From the NCBI GenBank assembly GCA_032718475.1, contig JAUCBJ010005854.1, positions 21,117-85,116 of the forward strand: a stretch of DNA of 64,000 nt. Reading direction: 5' to 3'. The position numbers and the translations under genes were made by a program. Positions 42,101 to 57,100 of the stretch are shown in pieces (position 1 is the stretch's first letter; every line of letters begins with the position of its first letter). Below the pieces are notes generated by a model. The model was not told the DNA's origin. It made no database searches and saw only the letters and a list, made by a program, of their open reading frames with translations. The DNA comes from Nemertoderma westbladi. Its lineage: Eukaryota; Animalia; Xenacoelomorpha.

Positions 42101-45100
42101 CAATTGATAAAGTAATAATGATATAAAACTTCGAATACCTTGGATCATGGATATAGAGAGTAGCAAAAAATATGTAAAAATTAGTAAAGCAAAGTCTTGG
42201 GTATAGCTCTATCAAAAATGGATACCATCTGGAAATCAGATCTCTCCAGGCACCTGAAGACTAAGTTCTTTCGAGCCACAGTGGAAAGTGTATTTTTATA
42301 CGGGGGTGAGACCTGGACACTGACTAAATCACTTGAACAACACCGAATTGATGGTTGATATACACAAGACTACTAAGGGCAGCCTTGATTTTTATGATAA
42401 AAAATATTATCAATTATCAATATTATCAAACTCATCAATATTATTTTATTAATTACCCGAACATAGAATGTCAATTTAAATCCTTTAAGTCCTTTATTAC
42501 GACTCATAGTTGGTATGGTTGGTTATAGTTGTTAACATTTGCACTCCCACACAAACGTTTATTACGACTCATAGTTGGTATGGTTGGTTATAGTTGTTAA
42601 CATTTGCACCCCCACACAAACGTTTATTACGACTCATAGTTGGTATGGTTGGTTATAGTTGTTAACATTTGCACTCCCACACAAACGTTTATTACGACTC
42701 ATAGTTGGTATGGTTGGTTATAGTTGTTAACATTTGCACCCCCACACAAACGTTTATTACGACTCATAGTTGGTATGGTTGGTTATAGTTGTTAACATTT
42801 GCACCCCCACACTTAAACGTTTATTAAATCTATTATTATGACCAGACCAGCGAAATGAACTTGAAAATTAGAGTAAAAAATATAAGAAGGTCATGGAGTC
42901 AACATAAGGGTTATCGATATATAATATTTAAAATTTAAATAAGTTGATAACGATTTATCTTGATAACTTTTAATACCTGGGGACAGCTCATTCCAAATTT
43001 TGGGATCTGTAAACTTGAGATATGTTTTTGGGAAAGTTCTAGTCTGACGCGGGGAATAAAATAACGCGGGAAATAAATAGGTTTATAGCAGATCGAGTGA
43101 AGTGCCTGTGAATAGAAAGTGAAACCTGACCCATTTTGTGGAAGCTTTGACGTAGTTTTGCAAGCTTTGAAGCTGTGGAACCTTTGACCCTGTGGCACCT
43201 TTTACCCTGTGGAACCTTTGACCCTGTGGCACCTTTTACCCTGCGGAACTTTTGACCTAGTGGAACCTTGGACCCTGTGGAACATTTGACATTGCGGAAC
43301 CTTTGACCTTGTGGAACCTTTAACCCTGTAGCACCTTTTACCCTGTGTAAGCTTTGACCCTTTAAAACCTTTGACCCTGTGGTACCTTTTAGCCCCATTT
43401 AACCTTTGACACTGTGAAACCTTTGACCCTTTAAAACCTTTGAACCTGTGGAATTTTTTACCCGTTGGAACCTTTGACCTTGTGGAACCTTTGACACTGT
43501 GAAACCTTTGACCCTTTAAAACCTCCTTTGAACCTGTGGAATTTTTTACCCGTTGGAACTGTGGAACCTTTGACCCTGTGGTACCTTTGGCCTTGTGGAA
43601 CCTCTTACCTTGTTAAACCTTTGACCCTCTGGAACCTCTGAACATGTGGAACCCCTGGCCTTGTTGAACCTTTGACCCTGTAGGTAGAACCTTTGACACT
43701 GTGAAACCTTTGACCCTTTAAAACCTTTGAACCTGTGGAATTTTTTACCCGTTGGAACCTTTGACCTTGTGGAACTTTTGACCCTGTGTAACCTTTGACC
43801 CTGTGTAACCTTCGACCCTGTGTAACCTTCGACCGTGTGGAACCTTTGGCCTTGTGGAACCTCTTTCCTTGTTGAACCTTTGACCCTCTGGAACCTCTGA
43901 CCTTGTGGAACCTCTGACCTTGTTAAACCTTTGACCCTGTGGAACCTTTGACCTTGTGGAACCTTCGACCCTGTGGAACCTTTGGCCTTGTGGAACCTTT
44001 GACCTAGTGGAAATTTTGACCCTGTGTAACCTTCGACCCTGTGGAACCTTTGACCCTGTGGTACCTTTGGCCTTGTGGAACCTTTGATCATGTGGAATCT
44101 TTGGCCGTGTGGAACCTCTTACCTTGTTGAACCTTTGACCCTCTGGAACCTCTGACCTTGTGGAACCTCTGACCTTGTTGAACCTTTGACCCTGTGGAAC
44201 CTTTGACCCTGTGGAACCTTTGACACTGTGAAACCTTTGACCCTTTAAAACCTCCTTTGAACCTGTGGAATTTTTTACCCGTTGGAACCTTTGATCTTGT
44301 TAAACCTTTGACCCTGTGAAACCTTTGAACCTGTGTAATTTTTTACCCATGGAGCATTTGACCTTGTGGAACCTTTGGCCATAAGCAAACCCGTGTTGCA
44401 TGCAAGCAGTATTCAGCTGATGGCAGTCAGCTGAGGCGGAAAATAACAAGAGTGAGGGGGTAAATCTACAAGTCACAGTTGCTTTTTTCTTTGTGTACTG
44501 ATGTTACCAACACATATAAACTTGTATTCTTTACCTGGTTAATAAATTATTAAATTATACCACAATATTAATAATATGTTTACTAATTATAAAGTCGATA
44601 TAATTGTACAATTTATTATTATTATACGAAACATACCACAAACGAGTAGATATGATCAGCTTCTGACTCGTAATCCATCATATTCGGGTTGGGAAATAAT
44701 TGTCCGTTCTCTTCCCTGAAGGCGGGGTGCTGTACCCTAATCTCCACGTTAAGGGGAGTGTCGCAATCCTCAACACGCACTGCGGAAAGCAAGATATTAA
44801 TCAGATGTACTAACAAGTCAGTCAATACTAAGCTATCAGAATTGGATGCCGCTGAAAAGGGCTTAGTGACAAAGTCGAGCAGTATCGGTACAGATGATCA
44901 CGAAACGAGCAGGATGTTATTCCTCCCTTTATAAATTAAACTCCTAGTTCAGTTCAGTCATAAAATAATACTTTAAATATTTTCTAATAAATTGACGAAC
45001 TCCATTGCGTATTCAATCAGTTTTCATGATTACAGTTTAGTTATTTATTATTCTGTTAAATAATTTAGTGATCTGGGATATTTATTTATTTAAGTAGAAA

Positions 45101-48100
45101 GTCTTAACTATATTATATACATAAACCAAAACTGGGTTCCTTGATTACCGAACATTGAATTCGGAACATGAAGTTCCGTTTTTGAGAATGCTTTGCGGAC
45201 ACTAAAGTTGCAATATCTTTTGAGTGTATGAATGCATTTTGCACAAATTACGTGCAAACCTTTTCTACTTCGATGGTCTTTCAAACCAATACAATTTCAA
45301 CGTTCAATTCAATTTAAGAAATTCCACCAAAAATATTATCACAATTTCTTATATTAAAATCAATGCAATCCTATAACTTTTTTCCATAGGGAAACAGTAA
45401 GACTCATATTTTAATTATTTGGGGTAGTCCTATATTCGGGAGAAAATGTAACAATCTAAGAAGAATAAAAATGTTTCTTATGAAATGGAACATTTTGCTT
45501 GAAATCGTTTTGTATATTGATCATAAGGATAAAATAAAAACTGTTACATTCAAATTTTGTCCCGCAAATTTTGTCGAATTGGATTTTAGGGGTTTATATT
45601 TTTTCCTAGTGAAATGGATTATTGGGGTGGGGCCTTTAAGATAATCGAAATCTTATACAAAAATGGCGAACCATTGTATTTAGGGCTCATATGATCTACA
45701 TCTCTAAAAACTTACTTCTTGACCCCAATAAGGCAAGAGAGGGAGGAGCATTTTCTGGAACACTGATCGTGTTGCGATAGTAATCGGGAATAAATACAGG
45801 AGCGCATTCATTAAAATCTAATATTTCCAATTCAACCTGTGGAACATAAAAAATATGTTTGTTAGTAGGAAGTTGTGAGCACAAGAAGTTGTGTCTGTGG
45901 TCACAACCACAAAGTAAAAGTTAGTAAGTTGTGAGCACAATAAGTTTGTGCCTGTGGGCGCAACCACAAAGTTAAGTTGTGAGCACAATAAGTTTGTGCC
46001 TGTGGGCGCAACCACAAAGTTAGTAAGTTGTGAGCACAAGAAGTTTGTGCCTGTGGGCGCAACCACAAAGTTAGTAAGTTGTGAGCACAAGAAGTTTGTG
46101 CCTGTGGGCACAACCACAAAGTTAGTAAGTTGTGAGCACAAGAAGTTTGTGCCTGTGGGCGCAACCACAAAGTTAGTAAGTTGTGAGCACAAGAAGTTTG
46201 TGCCTGTGGGCACAACCACAAAGTTAGTAAGTTGTGAGCACAAGAAGTTTGTGCCTGTGGGCGCAACCACAAAGTTAGTAAGTTGTGAGCACAAGAAGTT
46301 TGTGCCTGTGGGCACAACCACAAAGTTAGTAAGTTGTGAGCACAAGAAGTTTGTGCCTGTGGGCGCAACCACAAAGTTAGTAAGTTGTGAGCACAAGAAG
46401 TTTGTGCCTGTGGGCGCAACCACAAAGTTAGTAAGTTGTGTCTGTGGTCACAACCACAAAGTTAGTAAGTTGTGTCTGTGGTCACAACCACAAAGTTAGT
46501 AAGTTGTGAGCACAAGAAGTTTGTGCCTGTGGGCACAACCACAAAGTTAGTAAGTTGTGTCTGTGGTCACAACCACAAAGTTAGTAAGTTGTGTCTGTGG
46601 TCACAACCAGAAAGTTAGTAAGTTGTGAGCACAAGAAGTTTGTGCCTGTGGGCGCAACCACAAAGTTAGTAAGTTGTGTCTGTGGTCACAACCACAAAGT
46701 TAGTAAGTTGTGTCTGTGGTCACAACCAGAAAGTTAGTAAGTTGTGAGCACAAGAAGTTTGTGCCTGTGGGCGCAACCACAAAGTTAGTAAGTTGTGAGC
46801 ACAAGAAGTTTGTGCCTGTGGGCGCAACCACAAAGTTAGTAAGTTGTGTCTGTGGTCACAACCACAAAGTTAGTAAGTTGTGTCTGTGGTCACAACCAGA
46901 AAGTTAGTAAGTTGTGAGCACAAGAAGTTTGTGCCTGTGGGCGCAACCACAAAGTTAGTAAGTTGTGAGCACAAGAAGTTGTGTCTGTGGTCACAACCAC
47001 AAAGTTAGTAAGTTGTGAGCACAAGAAGTTTGTGCCTGTGGGCGCAACCACAAAGTTAGTAAGTTGTGAGCACAATAAGTTTGTGCCTGTGGACACAACC
47101 ACAAGGTTAGTAAGTTGTGAGCACAAGAAGTTGTGTCTGTGGTCACAACCACAAAGTTAGTAAGTTGTGAGCACAAGAAGTTTGTGCCTGTGGGCGCAAC
47201 CACAAAGTTAGTAAGTTGTGAGCACAAGAAGTTGTGTCTGTGGTCACAACCACAAAGTTAGTAAGTTGTGAGCACAAGAAGTTGTGTCTGTGGTCACAAC
47301 CACAAAGTTAGTAAGTTGTGAGCACAAGGAGTTGTGTCTGTGGTCACAACCACAAAGTTAGTAAGTTGTGAGCACAAGAAGTTTGTGCCTGTGGGCGCAA
47401 CCACAAAGTTAGTAAGTTGTGAGCACAAGAAGTTGTGTCTGTGGTCACAACCACAAAGTTAGTAAGTTGTGAGCACAAGAAGTTGTGTCTGTGGTCACAA
47501 CCACAAAGTTAGTAAGTTGTGAGTTCAAGAAGTTGTGTCTGTGGGCACAACCACAAAGTTAGTAATTTGTGAGCACAAGAAGTTGTGTCTGTGGTCACAA
47601 CCACAAAGTTAGTAAGTTGTGAGCACAAGAAGTTGTGTCTGTGGTCACAACCACAAAGTTAGTAAGTTGTGAGTTCAAGAAGTTGTGTCTGTGGGCACAA
47701 CCACAAAGTTAGTAATTTGTGAGAACATGAAGTTGTGTCTGTGGGCAGGGCACAACCACAAAGCTAGTAATTTGTGAGCACATGAAAGTTCAAGTTGTGT
47801 CTGTGGGCACAACCACAAAGTTAGTAAGTTGTGAGCCCAAGAAGTTGTGCCTGTGGGCGCAATCACAAAGTTAGTACGTTGTGAGCACAAGAAGTTGTGT
47901 CTGTGGGCACAACCACAAAGTTAGTAAGTTGTGAGCACAAGAAGTTTGTGCCTGTGGGCGCAACCACAAAGTTAGTAAGTTGTGAGCACAAGAAGTTGTG
48001 TCTGTGGTCACAACCACAAAGTTAGTAAGTTGTGAGTTCAAGAAGTTGTGTCTGTGGGCACAACCACAAAGTTAGTAATTTGTGAGCACATGAAGTTGTG

Positions 48101-51100
48101 CCTGTGGGCGCAATCACAAAGTTAGTACGTTGTGAGCACAAGAAGTTGTGTCTGTGGGCACAACCACAAAGTTAGTAAGTTGTGAGCACAAGAAGTTTGT
48201 GCCTGTGGGCGCAACCACAAAGTTAGTAAGTTGTGAGCACAAGAAGTTGTGTCTGTGGTCACAACCACAAAGTTAGTAAGTTGTGAGCACAAGAAGTTGT
48301 GTCTGTGGTCACAACCACAAAGTTAGTAAGTTGTGAGTTCAAGAAGTTGTGTCTGTGGGCACAACCACAAAGTTAGTAATTTGTGAGCACATGAAGTTGT
48401 GTCTGTGGGCAGGGCACAACCACAAAGCTAGTAATTTGTGAGCACATGAAAGTTCAAGTTGTGTCTGTGGGCAGAACCACAAAGTTAGTAAGTTGTGAGC
48501 CCAAGAAGTTGTGCCTGTGGGCGCAATCACAAAGTTAGTACGTTGTGAGCACAATAAGTTGTGTCTGTGGGCACAACCACAAAGTTAGTAATTTGTGAGC
48601 ACATGAAGTTGTGTCTGTGGGCAGGGCATAACCACAAAGCTAGTAATTTGTGAGCACATGAAGTTCAAGTTGTGTCTGTGGGCACAACCACAAAGTTAGT
48701 AAGTTGTGAGCCCAAGAAGTTGTGCCTGTGGGCGCAATCACAAAGTTTGTACGTTGTGAGCACAAGAAGTTGTGTCTGTGGGCACAACCACAAAGTTAGT
48801 AATTTGTGAGCACATGAAGTTGGGTCTGTGGGCACAACCACAAAGCTAGTAATTTGTGAGCACATGAAAGTTCAAGTTGTGTCTGTGGGCACAACCACAA
48901 AGCTAGTAATTTGTGAGCACATGAAAGTTCAAGTTGTGTCTGTGGGCACAACCACGAACTTAGTAAGTTGTGAACACAAGAAGTTATGTCCGTGGGCACA
49001 ACCACAGTTTAGTAAGTTGTGAGCCCAAGAATTTGTGCCTGTGGGCGCAATCACAAAGTTAGTACGTTGTGAGCACAAGAAGTTGTGTCTGTGGGCACAA
49101 CCACAAAGTTAGTAATTTGTGAGCACATGAAGTTGTGTCTGTGGGCACAACCTCAAAGTTAGTAAGTTGTGAGCACAAGAAGTTGTGTCTGTGGGCACAA
49201 CCACAAAGTTAGTAATTTGTAAGCACATGAAGTTCTGCCTGTGGGCGCAATCACAAAGTTAGTAATTTGTGAGCACATGAAGTTGTGTCCGTGGGCACAA
49301 CCACAAAGTTAGTAATTTGTGAGCACATGAAGTTGTGTCTGTGGGCACAACCACAAAGTTAGTAATTTGTGAGCACATGAAGTTGTGTCTGTGGGCAGGG
49401 CACAACCACAAAGCTAGTAATTTGTGAGCACATGAAGTTCAAGTTGTGTCTGTGGGCACAACCACAAAGTTAGTAAGTTGTGAGCCCAAGAAGTTGTGCC
49501 TGTGGGCGCAATCACAAAGTTACTACGTTGTGAGCACAAGAAGTTGTGTCTGTGGGCACAACCACAAATTTAGTAATTTGTGAGCACATGAAGTTGTGTC
49601 TGTGGGCAGGGCACAACCACAAAGCTAGTAATTTGTGAGCACATGAAAGTTCAAGTTGTGTCTGTGGGCACAACCACAAAGCTAGTAATTTGTGAGCACA
49701 TGAAAGTTCAAGTTGTGTCTGTGGGCACAACCACGAACTTAGTAAGTTGTGAACACAAGAAGTTATGTCCGTGGGCACAACCACAAGGTTAGTAAGTTGT
49801 GAGCCCAAGAAGTTGTGCCTGTGGACGCAATCACAAAGTTAGTACGTTGTGAGCACAAGAAGTTGTGTCTATATGGGCACAACCACAAAGTTAGTAATTT
49901 GTGAGCACATGAAGTTGTGTCTGTGGGCACAACCACAAAGTTAGTAAGTTGTGAGCACAAGAAGTTGTGTCTGTGGGCACAACCACAAATTTAGTAATTT
50001 GTGAGCACATGAAGTTGTGTCTGTGGGCAGGGCACAACCACAAAGCTAGTAATTTGTGAGCACATGAAAGTTCAAGTTGTGTCTGTGGGCACAACCACAA
50101 AGCTAGTAATTTGTGAGCACATGAAAGTTCAAGTTGTGTCTGTGGGCACAACCACGAACTTAGTAAGTTGTGAACACAAGAAGTTATGTCCGTGGGCACA
50201 ACCACAAGGTTAGTAAGTTGTGAGCCCAAGAAGTTGTGCCTGTGGGCGCAATCACAAAGTTAGTACGTTGTGAGCACAAGAAGTTGTGTCTGTGGGCACA
50301 ACCACAAAGTTAGTAATTTGTGAGCACATGAAGTTGTGTCTGTGGGCACAACCACAAAGTTAGTAAGTTGTGAGCACAAGAAGTTGTGTCTGTGGGCACA
50401 ACCACAAAGTTAGTAATTTGTAAGCACATGAAGTTCTGCCTGTAGGCGCAATCACAAAGTTAGTAATTTGTGAGCACATGAAGTTGTGTCCGTGGGCACA
50501 ACCACAAAGTTAGTAGTTTGTGAGCACATGAAGTTGTGTCTGTGGGCACAACCACAAAGTTAGTAAGTTGTGAGCACAATATGGTGTTTCTGTGGGCACA
50601 ACCACAAAGTTAGTATTTTGTGAGCACATGAAGTTGTGTCTGTGGGCACAACCACAAGGTTAGTAAGTTGTGAACACATGAAGTTGTGGCTGTGGGCACA
50701 ACCACAAAGTTAGTAAGTTGTGAACACAAGAAGTTATGTCCGTGGGCAAAACCACAAGGTTAGTAAGTTGTGAGCACATGAAGTTGTGTCTGTGGGCACA
50801 ACCACAAAGTTAGTAATTTGTGAGCACATGAAGTTGTGTCTGTATGCACAACCACAAAGTTAGTAATTTGTGAGCACATGAAGTTGTGTCTGTGGATACA
50901 ACCACAAAGATAGTAAGTTGTGAGCACATGAAGTTGTGTCTGTAGGCACAACCACAAAGCTAGTAATTTGTGAGCACATGAAGTTGTGTCTGTAGGCACA
51001 ACCACAAAGCTAGTAATTTGTGAGCACATGAAGTTCAAGTTGTGTCTCGGGGCACAACCACAAAGTTAGTAAGTTGTGAGCACAAGAAGTTGTGTCTGTG

Positions 51101-54100
51101 GGTACAACCACAGAGCTAGTAATTTGTGAGCACAAGAAGTTGTGTCTGTGGGCACAACCACAAAGCTAGTAATTTGTGAGCACATGAAGTTATGTCTGTA
51201 GGCACAACCACAAAGCTAGTAATTTGTGAGCACATGAAGTTCAAGTTGTGTCTCTGGGCACAACCACAAAGTTAGTAAGTTGTGAGCACAAGAAGTTGTG
51301 TCTGTGGGCACAACCTCAAAGCTAGTAATTTGTGAGCACATGAAGTTCAAGTTGTGTCTCTGGGCACAACCACAAAGTTAGTAAGTTGTGAACACAAGAA
51401 GTTATGTCCGTGGGCAAAACCACAAGGTTAGTAAGTTGTGAGCACATGAAGTTGTGTCTGTGGGCACAACCACAAAGTTAGTAATTTGTGAGCACATGAA
51501 GTTGTGTCTGTATGCACAACCACAAAGTTAGTAATTTATGAGCACATGAAGTTGTGTCTGAGGACACAACCACAAAGATAGTAAGTTGTGAGCACATGAA
51601 GTTCAAGTTGTGTCTCTGGGCACAACCACAAAGTTAGTAAGTTGTAAACACAAGAAGTTATGTCTGTGGGCAAAACCACAAAGTTAGTAAGTTATGAACA
51701 CAAGAAGTTCGTGGGCACAACCACAAGGTTAGTAAGTTGTAAGCAAATGAAGTTGTGTCTGTGGGCACAACCACAAAGTTAGTAAGTTGTGAACACAAGA
51801 AGTTGTGTCTGTATGGGCACAACCACAAAGCTAGTAATTTGTGAGCACATGAAGTTCAAGTTGTGTCTCTGGGCACAACCACAAAGTTAGTAAGTTGTAA
51901 ACACAAGAAGTTATGTCTGTGGGAAAAACCACAAAGTTAGTAAGTTATGAACACAAGAAGTTCGTGGGCACAACCACAAGGTTAGTAAGTTGTAAGCACA
52001 TGAAGTTGTGTCTGTGGGCACAACCACAAAGTTAGTAAGTTGTGAACACAAGAAGTTGTGTCTGTGGGCACAACCACAAAGCTAGTAATTTGTGAGCACA
52101 TGAAGTTCAAGTTGTGTCTCTGGGCACAACCACAAAGTTAGTAAGTTGTGAACACAAGAAGTTGTGTCTGTGGGCACAACCACAAAGCTAGTAATTTGTG
52201 AGCACATGAAGTTCAAGTTGTGTCTCTGGGCACAACCACAAAGTTAGTAAGTTGTGAACACAAGAAGTTATGTCCGTGGGCAAAACCACAAAGTTAGTAA
52301 GTTATGAACACAAGAAGTTCGTGGGCACAACCACAAGGTTAGTAAGTTGTAAGCACATGAAGTTGTGTCTGTGGGCACAACCACAAAGTTAGTAAGTTGT
52401 GAACACAAGAAGTTATGTCCGTGGACACAACCACAAGGTTAGTAAGTTGTGATCACATGAAGTTGTGTCTGTGGGCACAACCACAAAGTTAGTAAGTTGT
52501 GAGCACAAAAAGTTGTGTCTGTGGGCACAACCACAAAGTTAGTAAGTTTTGAGAACAAGAAATTGTGTCTGTGGGCACAACCACAAAGTTAGTAAGTTGT
52601 GAGCACAAGAAGTTGTGTCTGTGGGCACTACCACAAAGCTAGTCATTTGTGAGCACATGAAGTTGTGTCTGTAGGCACAACCACAAAGCTAGTAATTTGT
52701 GAGCACATGAAGTTCAAGTTGTGTCTCTGGGCACAACCACAAAGTTAGTAAGTTGTAAACACAAGAAGTTATGTCCGTGGGCACAACCACAAGGTTAGTA
52801 AGTTGTGAGCACATGAAGTTGTGTCCGTGGGCACAACCACAAGGATATAAAGTTGTGAGCACATGAAGTTGTGTCTATGGGCACAACCACAAAGTTAGTA
52901 AGTTGTGAGCACATGAAGTTGTGTCTGTGGGCACAACCACAAAGTTAGTAAGTTGTGAGTTCAAGAAGTTGTGTCTGTGGGCGCAATCACAAAGTTAGTA
53001 ATTTGTGAGCACATAAAGTTGTGTCTGTGGGCACAACCACAAAGTTAGTAATTTGTGAGCACATGAAGTTGTGTCTGTATGAACAACCACAAAGTTAGTA
53101 ATTTGTGAGCACATGAAGTTGTGTCTGTATGAACAACCACAAAGTTAGTAAGATGTGAGCACAATAAGTTGTGTCCGTGGGCACAACCACAAAGTTAGTA
53201 AGTTGTGAGCACATGAAGTTGTGTCTGTGGGCACAACCACAAAGTTAGTAATTTGTGAGCACATAAAGTTGTGTCTGTGGGCACAACCACAAAGTTAGTA
53301 AGTTGTGAGCACAATAAGTTGTGTCCGTGGGCACAACCACAAAGTTAGTAAGTTGTGAGCACAATAAGTTGTGTCCGTGGGCACAACCACAAAGATATTA
53401 ATTTGTGAGCACATGAAGTTGTGTCTGTGGGTACAACCACAAAGTTAGTAATTTGTGAGCACATAAAGTTGTGTCTGTGGGCACAACCACAAAGTTAGTA
53501 AGTTGTGAGCACAATAAGTTGTGTCCGTGGGCACAACCACAAAGTTAGTAAGTTGTGAACACAAGAAGTTATGTCCGTGGGCACAACCACAAAGTTAGTA
53601 AGATGTGAGCACAATAAGTTGTGTCCGTGGGCTCAACCACAAATTTAGTAAGTTGTGAACACAAGAAGTTATGTCCGTGGGCACAACCACAAAGTTAGTA
53701 AGTTGTGAGCACAAGAAGTTGTGTCTGTGGGCACAACCACAAAGTTAGTAAGATGTGAGCACAATAAGTTGTGTTCGTGGGCACAACCACAAAGTTAGTA
53801 AGTTGTGAGCACAAGAAGTTGTGTCTGTGGGCACAACCACAAAGTTAGTAAGTTGTGAACACAAGAAGTTATGTCCGTGGGCACAACCACAAAGTTAGTA
53901 AGCTGTGAGCACATGAAGTTGTGTCTGTGGGCACAACCACAAAGCTAGTAATTTGTGAGCACATGAAGTTCAAGTTGTGTCTCTGGGCACAACCACAAAG
54001 ATAGTAAGTTGTGAACACAAGAAAGTTATGTCCGTGGGCACAACCACAAGGTTAGTAAGTTGTGAGCACATGAAGTTGTGTCTGTGGGCACAACCACAAA

Positions 54101-57100
54101 GTTAGTAAGTTGTGAGCACAAGAAGTTGTGTCTATATGGGCACAACCACAAAGTTAGTAATTTGTGAGCACAAGAAGTTGTGTCTGTGGGCACAACCACA
54201 AAAGTTAGTAAGTTTTGAGAACAAGAAATTGTGTCTGTGGGCAGAACCACAAGGTTAGTAAGTTGTGAGCACATGAAGTTGTGTCTGTGGGCACAACCAC
54301 AAAGCTAGTAATTTGTGAGCACATGAAGTTCAAGTTGTGTCTCTGGGCACAACCACAAAGATAGTAAGTTGTGAATAACACAAGAAAGTTATGTCCGTGG
54401 GCACAACCACAAGGTTAGTAAGTTGTGAGCACATGAAGTTGTGTCCGTGGGCACAACCACAAGGTTAGTAAGTTGTGAGCACATGGAGTTGTGTTTGTGG
54501 GCACAACCACAAAGCTAGTAATTTGTGAGCACATGAAGTTCAAGTTGTGTCTGTGGGCACAACCACAAAGATAGTAAGTTGTGAACACAAGAAAGTTATG
54601 TCCGTGGGCACAACCACAAGGTTAGTAAGTTGTGAGCACATGAAGTTGTGTCCGTGGGCACAACCACAAAGTTAGTAATTTGTGAACACAAGAAGTTATG
54701 TCCGTGGGCACAACCACAAAGTTAGTAAGTTGTGAACACAAGAAGTTGTGTCTGTGGGCACAACCACAAAGTTAGTAATTTGTGAACACAAGAAGTTATG
54801 TCCGTGGGCACAACCACAAAGTTAGTAAGTTGTGAACACAAGAAGTTGTGTCTGTGGGCACAACCACAAAGCTAGTAATTTGTGAGCACATGAAGTTGTG
54901 TCCGTGGGCACAACCACAAGGTTAGTAAGTTGTGAGCACATGAAGTTGTGTCCGTGGGCACAACCACAAAGTTAGTAATTTGTGAACACAAGAAGTTATG
55001 TCCGTGGGCACAACCACAAAGTTAGTAAGTTGTGAACACAAGAAGTTGTGTCTGTGGGCACAACCACAAAGCTAGTAATTTGTGAGCACATGAAGTTCAA
55101 GTTGTGTCTCTGGGCACAACCACAAAGTTAGTAAGTTGTGAACACAAGAAGTTATGTCCTTGGGCACAACCACAAGGTTAGTAAGTTGTGAGCACATGAA
55201 GTTGTGTCCGTGGGCACAACCACAAGGTTAGTAAGTTGTGAGCACATGAAGTTGTGTCTGTGGGCACAACCACAAAGTTAGTAAGTTGTGAGCACAATAA
55301 GTTGCGTCAATGCCTTGCCTATATTTATAAGTTACGGTAGGTAAGTTATGAGAACAATTTAGTAATCGTGAGGGACGTGAGCGTAAGAAGTTATGCATCC
55401 ATGTGAGCACAAATTGGTAAGGTGTGAGCACAAGTTGGTAAGGTCAAGGTGTGAGCACAAGTTGGTAAGGTGTGAGCACAAGTTGGTAAGGTGTGAGCAC
55501 AAGTTGGTAAGGTGTGAGCACAAGCTATTCAGTTTTGAGCATAAGATATACAGTAATAATTAGTGATCTCTGCATTTGTGAATTCTTACAGGCTGACTTT
55601 GAGAGCAAGATGGTTGGTAGTTGTCGATAGCAGGACCGGTTTCGCACGCCATAACATTAATCACCATGGTGGTCGCTTGCGATTCGTAATCAAATACGGT
55701 TGTTGATACAATTTCGCCTAAAACACAAGTAAACAGGCTTAGCAACTGAAGCTCGTACCGGTAATATAAACAAGGATTCAAAATAATTGATTCGATTAGC
55801 TAAAATGCAACTTGGTTGCAAATTGTAACCTCTTGTAGGTAAACGTTGCAGTTCTAGAGGATTAAATTTAATGAAACTTAGTCTGAATTACGCTACAAAC
55901 ACAATATAATAATAAACATAATATATATATCGATTGACAGACATTCGACGCAGACAGAGTATACCACTAAGCTAGAAACAAGGCGATATTTCACTATTTT
56001 TATATTTTATATTAGTCACTGAGACCGTCAGCAATGATAAATACGACAACGCAGACGTTCAGCATACTGAGTTACTGCTGTAAGGGTAGCGCTACCGTGA
56101 TATAGCATCGCTACTACGCGGTATCGTTAACAGACACTAAAAGTAATCCTTAAGGGATTTCGTTAAAATTTGGCTCAAATTACTCTCATGCCCTTTCAAT
56201 TATGTAAATATAGTTAAATTTCATCAAAAATATTACACATATTATTTTTTAACAACCATTTAACAAGTTTTTCATTAACTACCATTAACTAACTAACCTG
56301 TTTGTTCCATCAGCTACACTAACCTGTCCGTTCCATCAGCTACACTAACCTGTCCGTTACATCAGCTACACTAACCTATCCGTTACATCAGCTACACTAA
56401 CCTATTCGTTCCATCAGCTACACTAACCGAGTCGTCCTATCACCTACACTAACCTGTCCGTTACATCAGCTACACTAACCTGTCCGTTACATCAGCTACA
56501 CTAACCTGTCCGTTACATCAGCTACACTAACCTGTTCGTTACATCAGCTACACTAACCTGTCTTTTACATCAGCTACACTAACCTGATCGTTCCATCAGC
56601 TACACTAATCTGTCCGTTCCATCAGCTACACTAACCTGTTTGTTCCATCAGCTACATACTAACCTGTTCGTTCCAACAGCTACACTAACCTGTCCGTTCC
56701 ATCAGCTACACTAACCTGTTTGTTCCATCAGCTACACTAACCTGTTCGTTCCAACAGCTACACTAACCTGTCCGTTCCATCAGCTACACTAACATGTTCG
56801 TTCCATCAGCTACACGTCCGTTCCATCAGCTACACTAACCTGTCTGTTCCATCAGCTACACTACCCTGTTCGTTCCATCAGCTACACTAACCTGTTCGTT
56901 CCATCAGCTACACTAACCTGTCCGTTCCATTAGTTACACTAACCTGTTCGTTCCAACAGCTACACTAACCTGTCCGTTCTATCAGCTACACTAACCTGTC
57001 TTTTACATCAGCTACACTAACCTATCCGTTACATCAGCTACACTAACCTATTCGTTCCATCAGCTACACTAACCGAGTCGTCCTATCACCTACACTAACC

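Noticed and set aside
43039-54274. Repeat-derived ORFs (KGSTGSKVPQGQRF..., CSQLTNFVVVPT...)
   Set aside because: Translations of 17-bp and 50-bp arrays with frequent frameshifts; the cadherin frame is complete without them.
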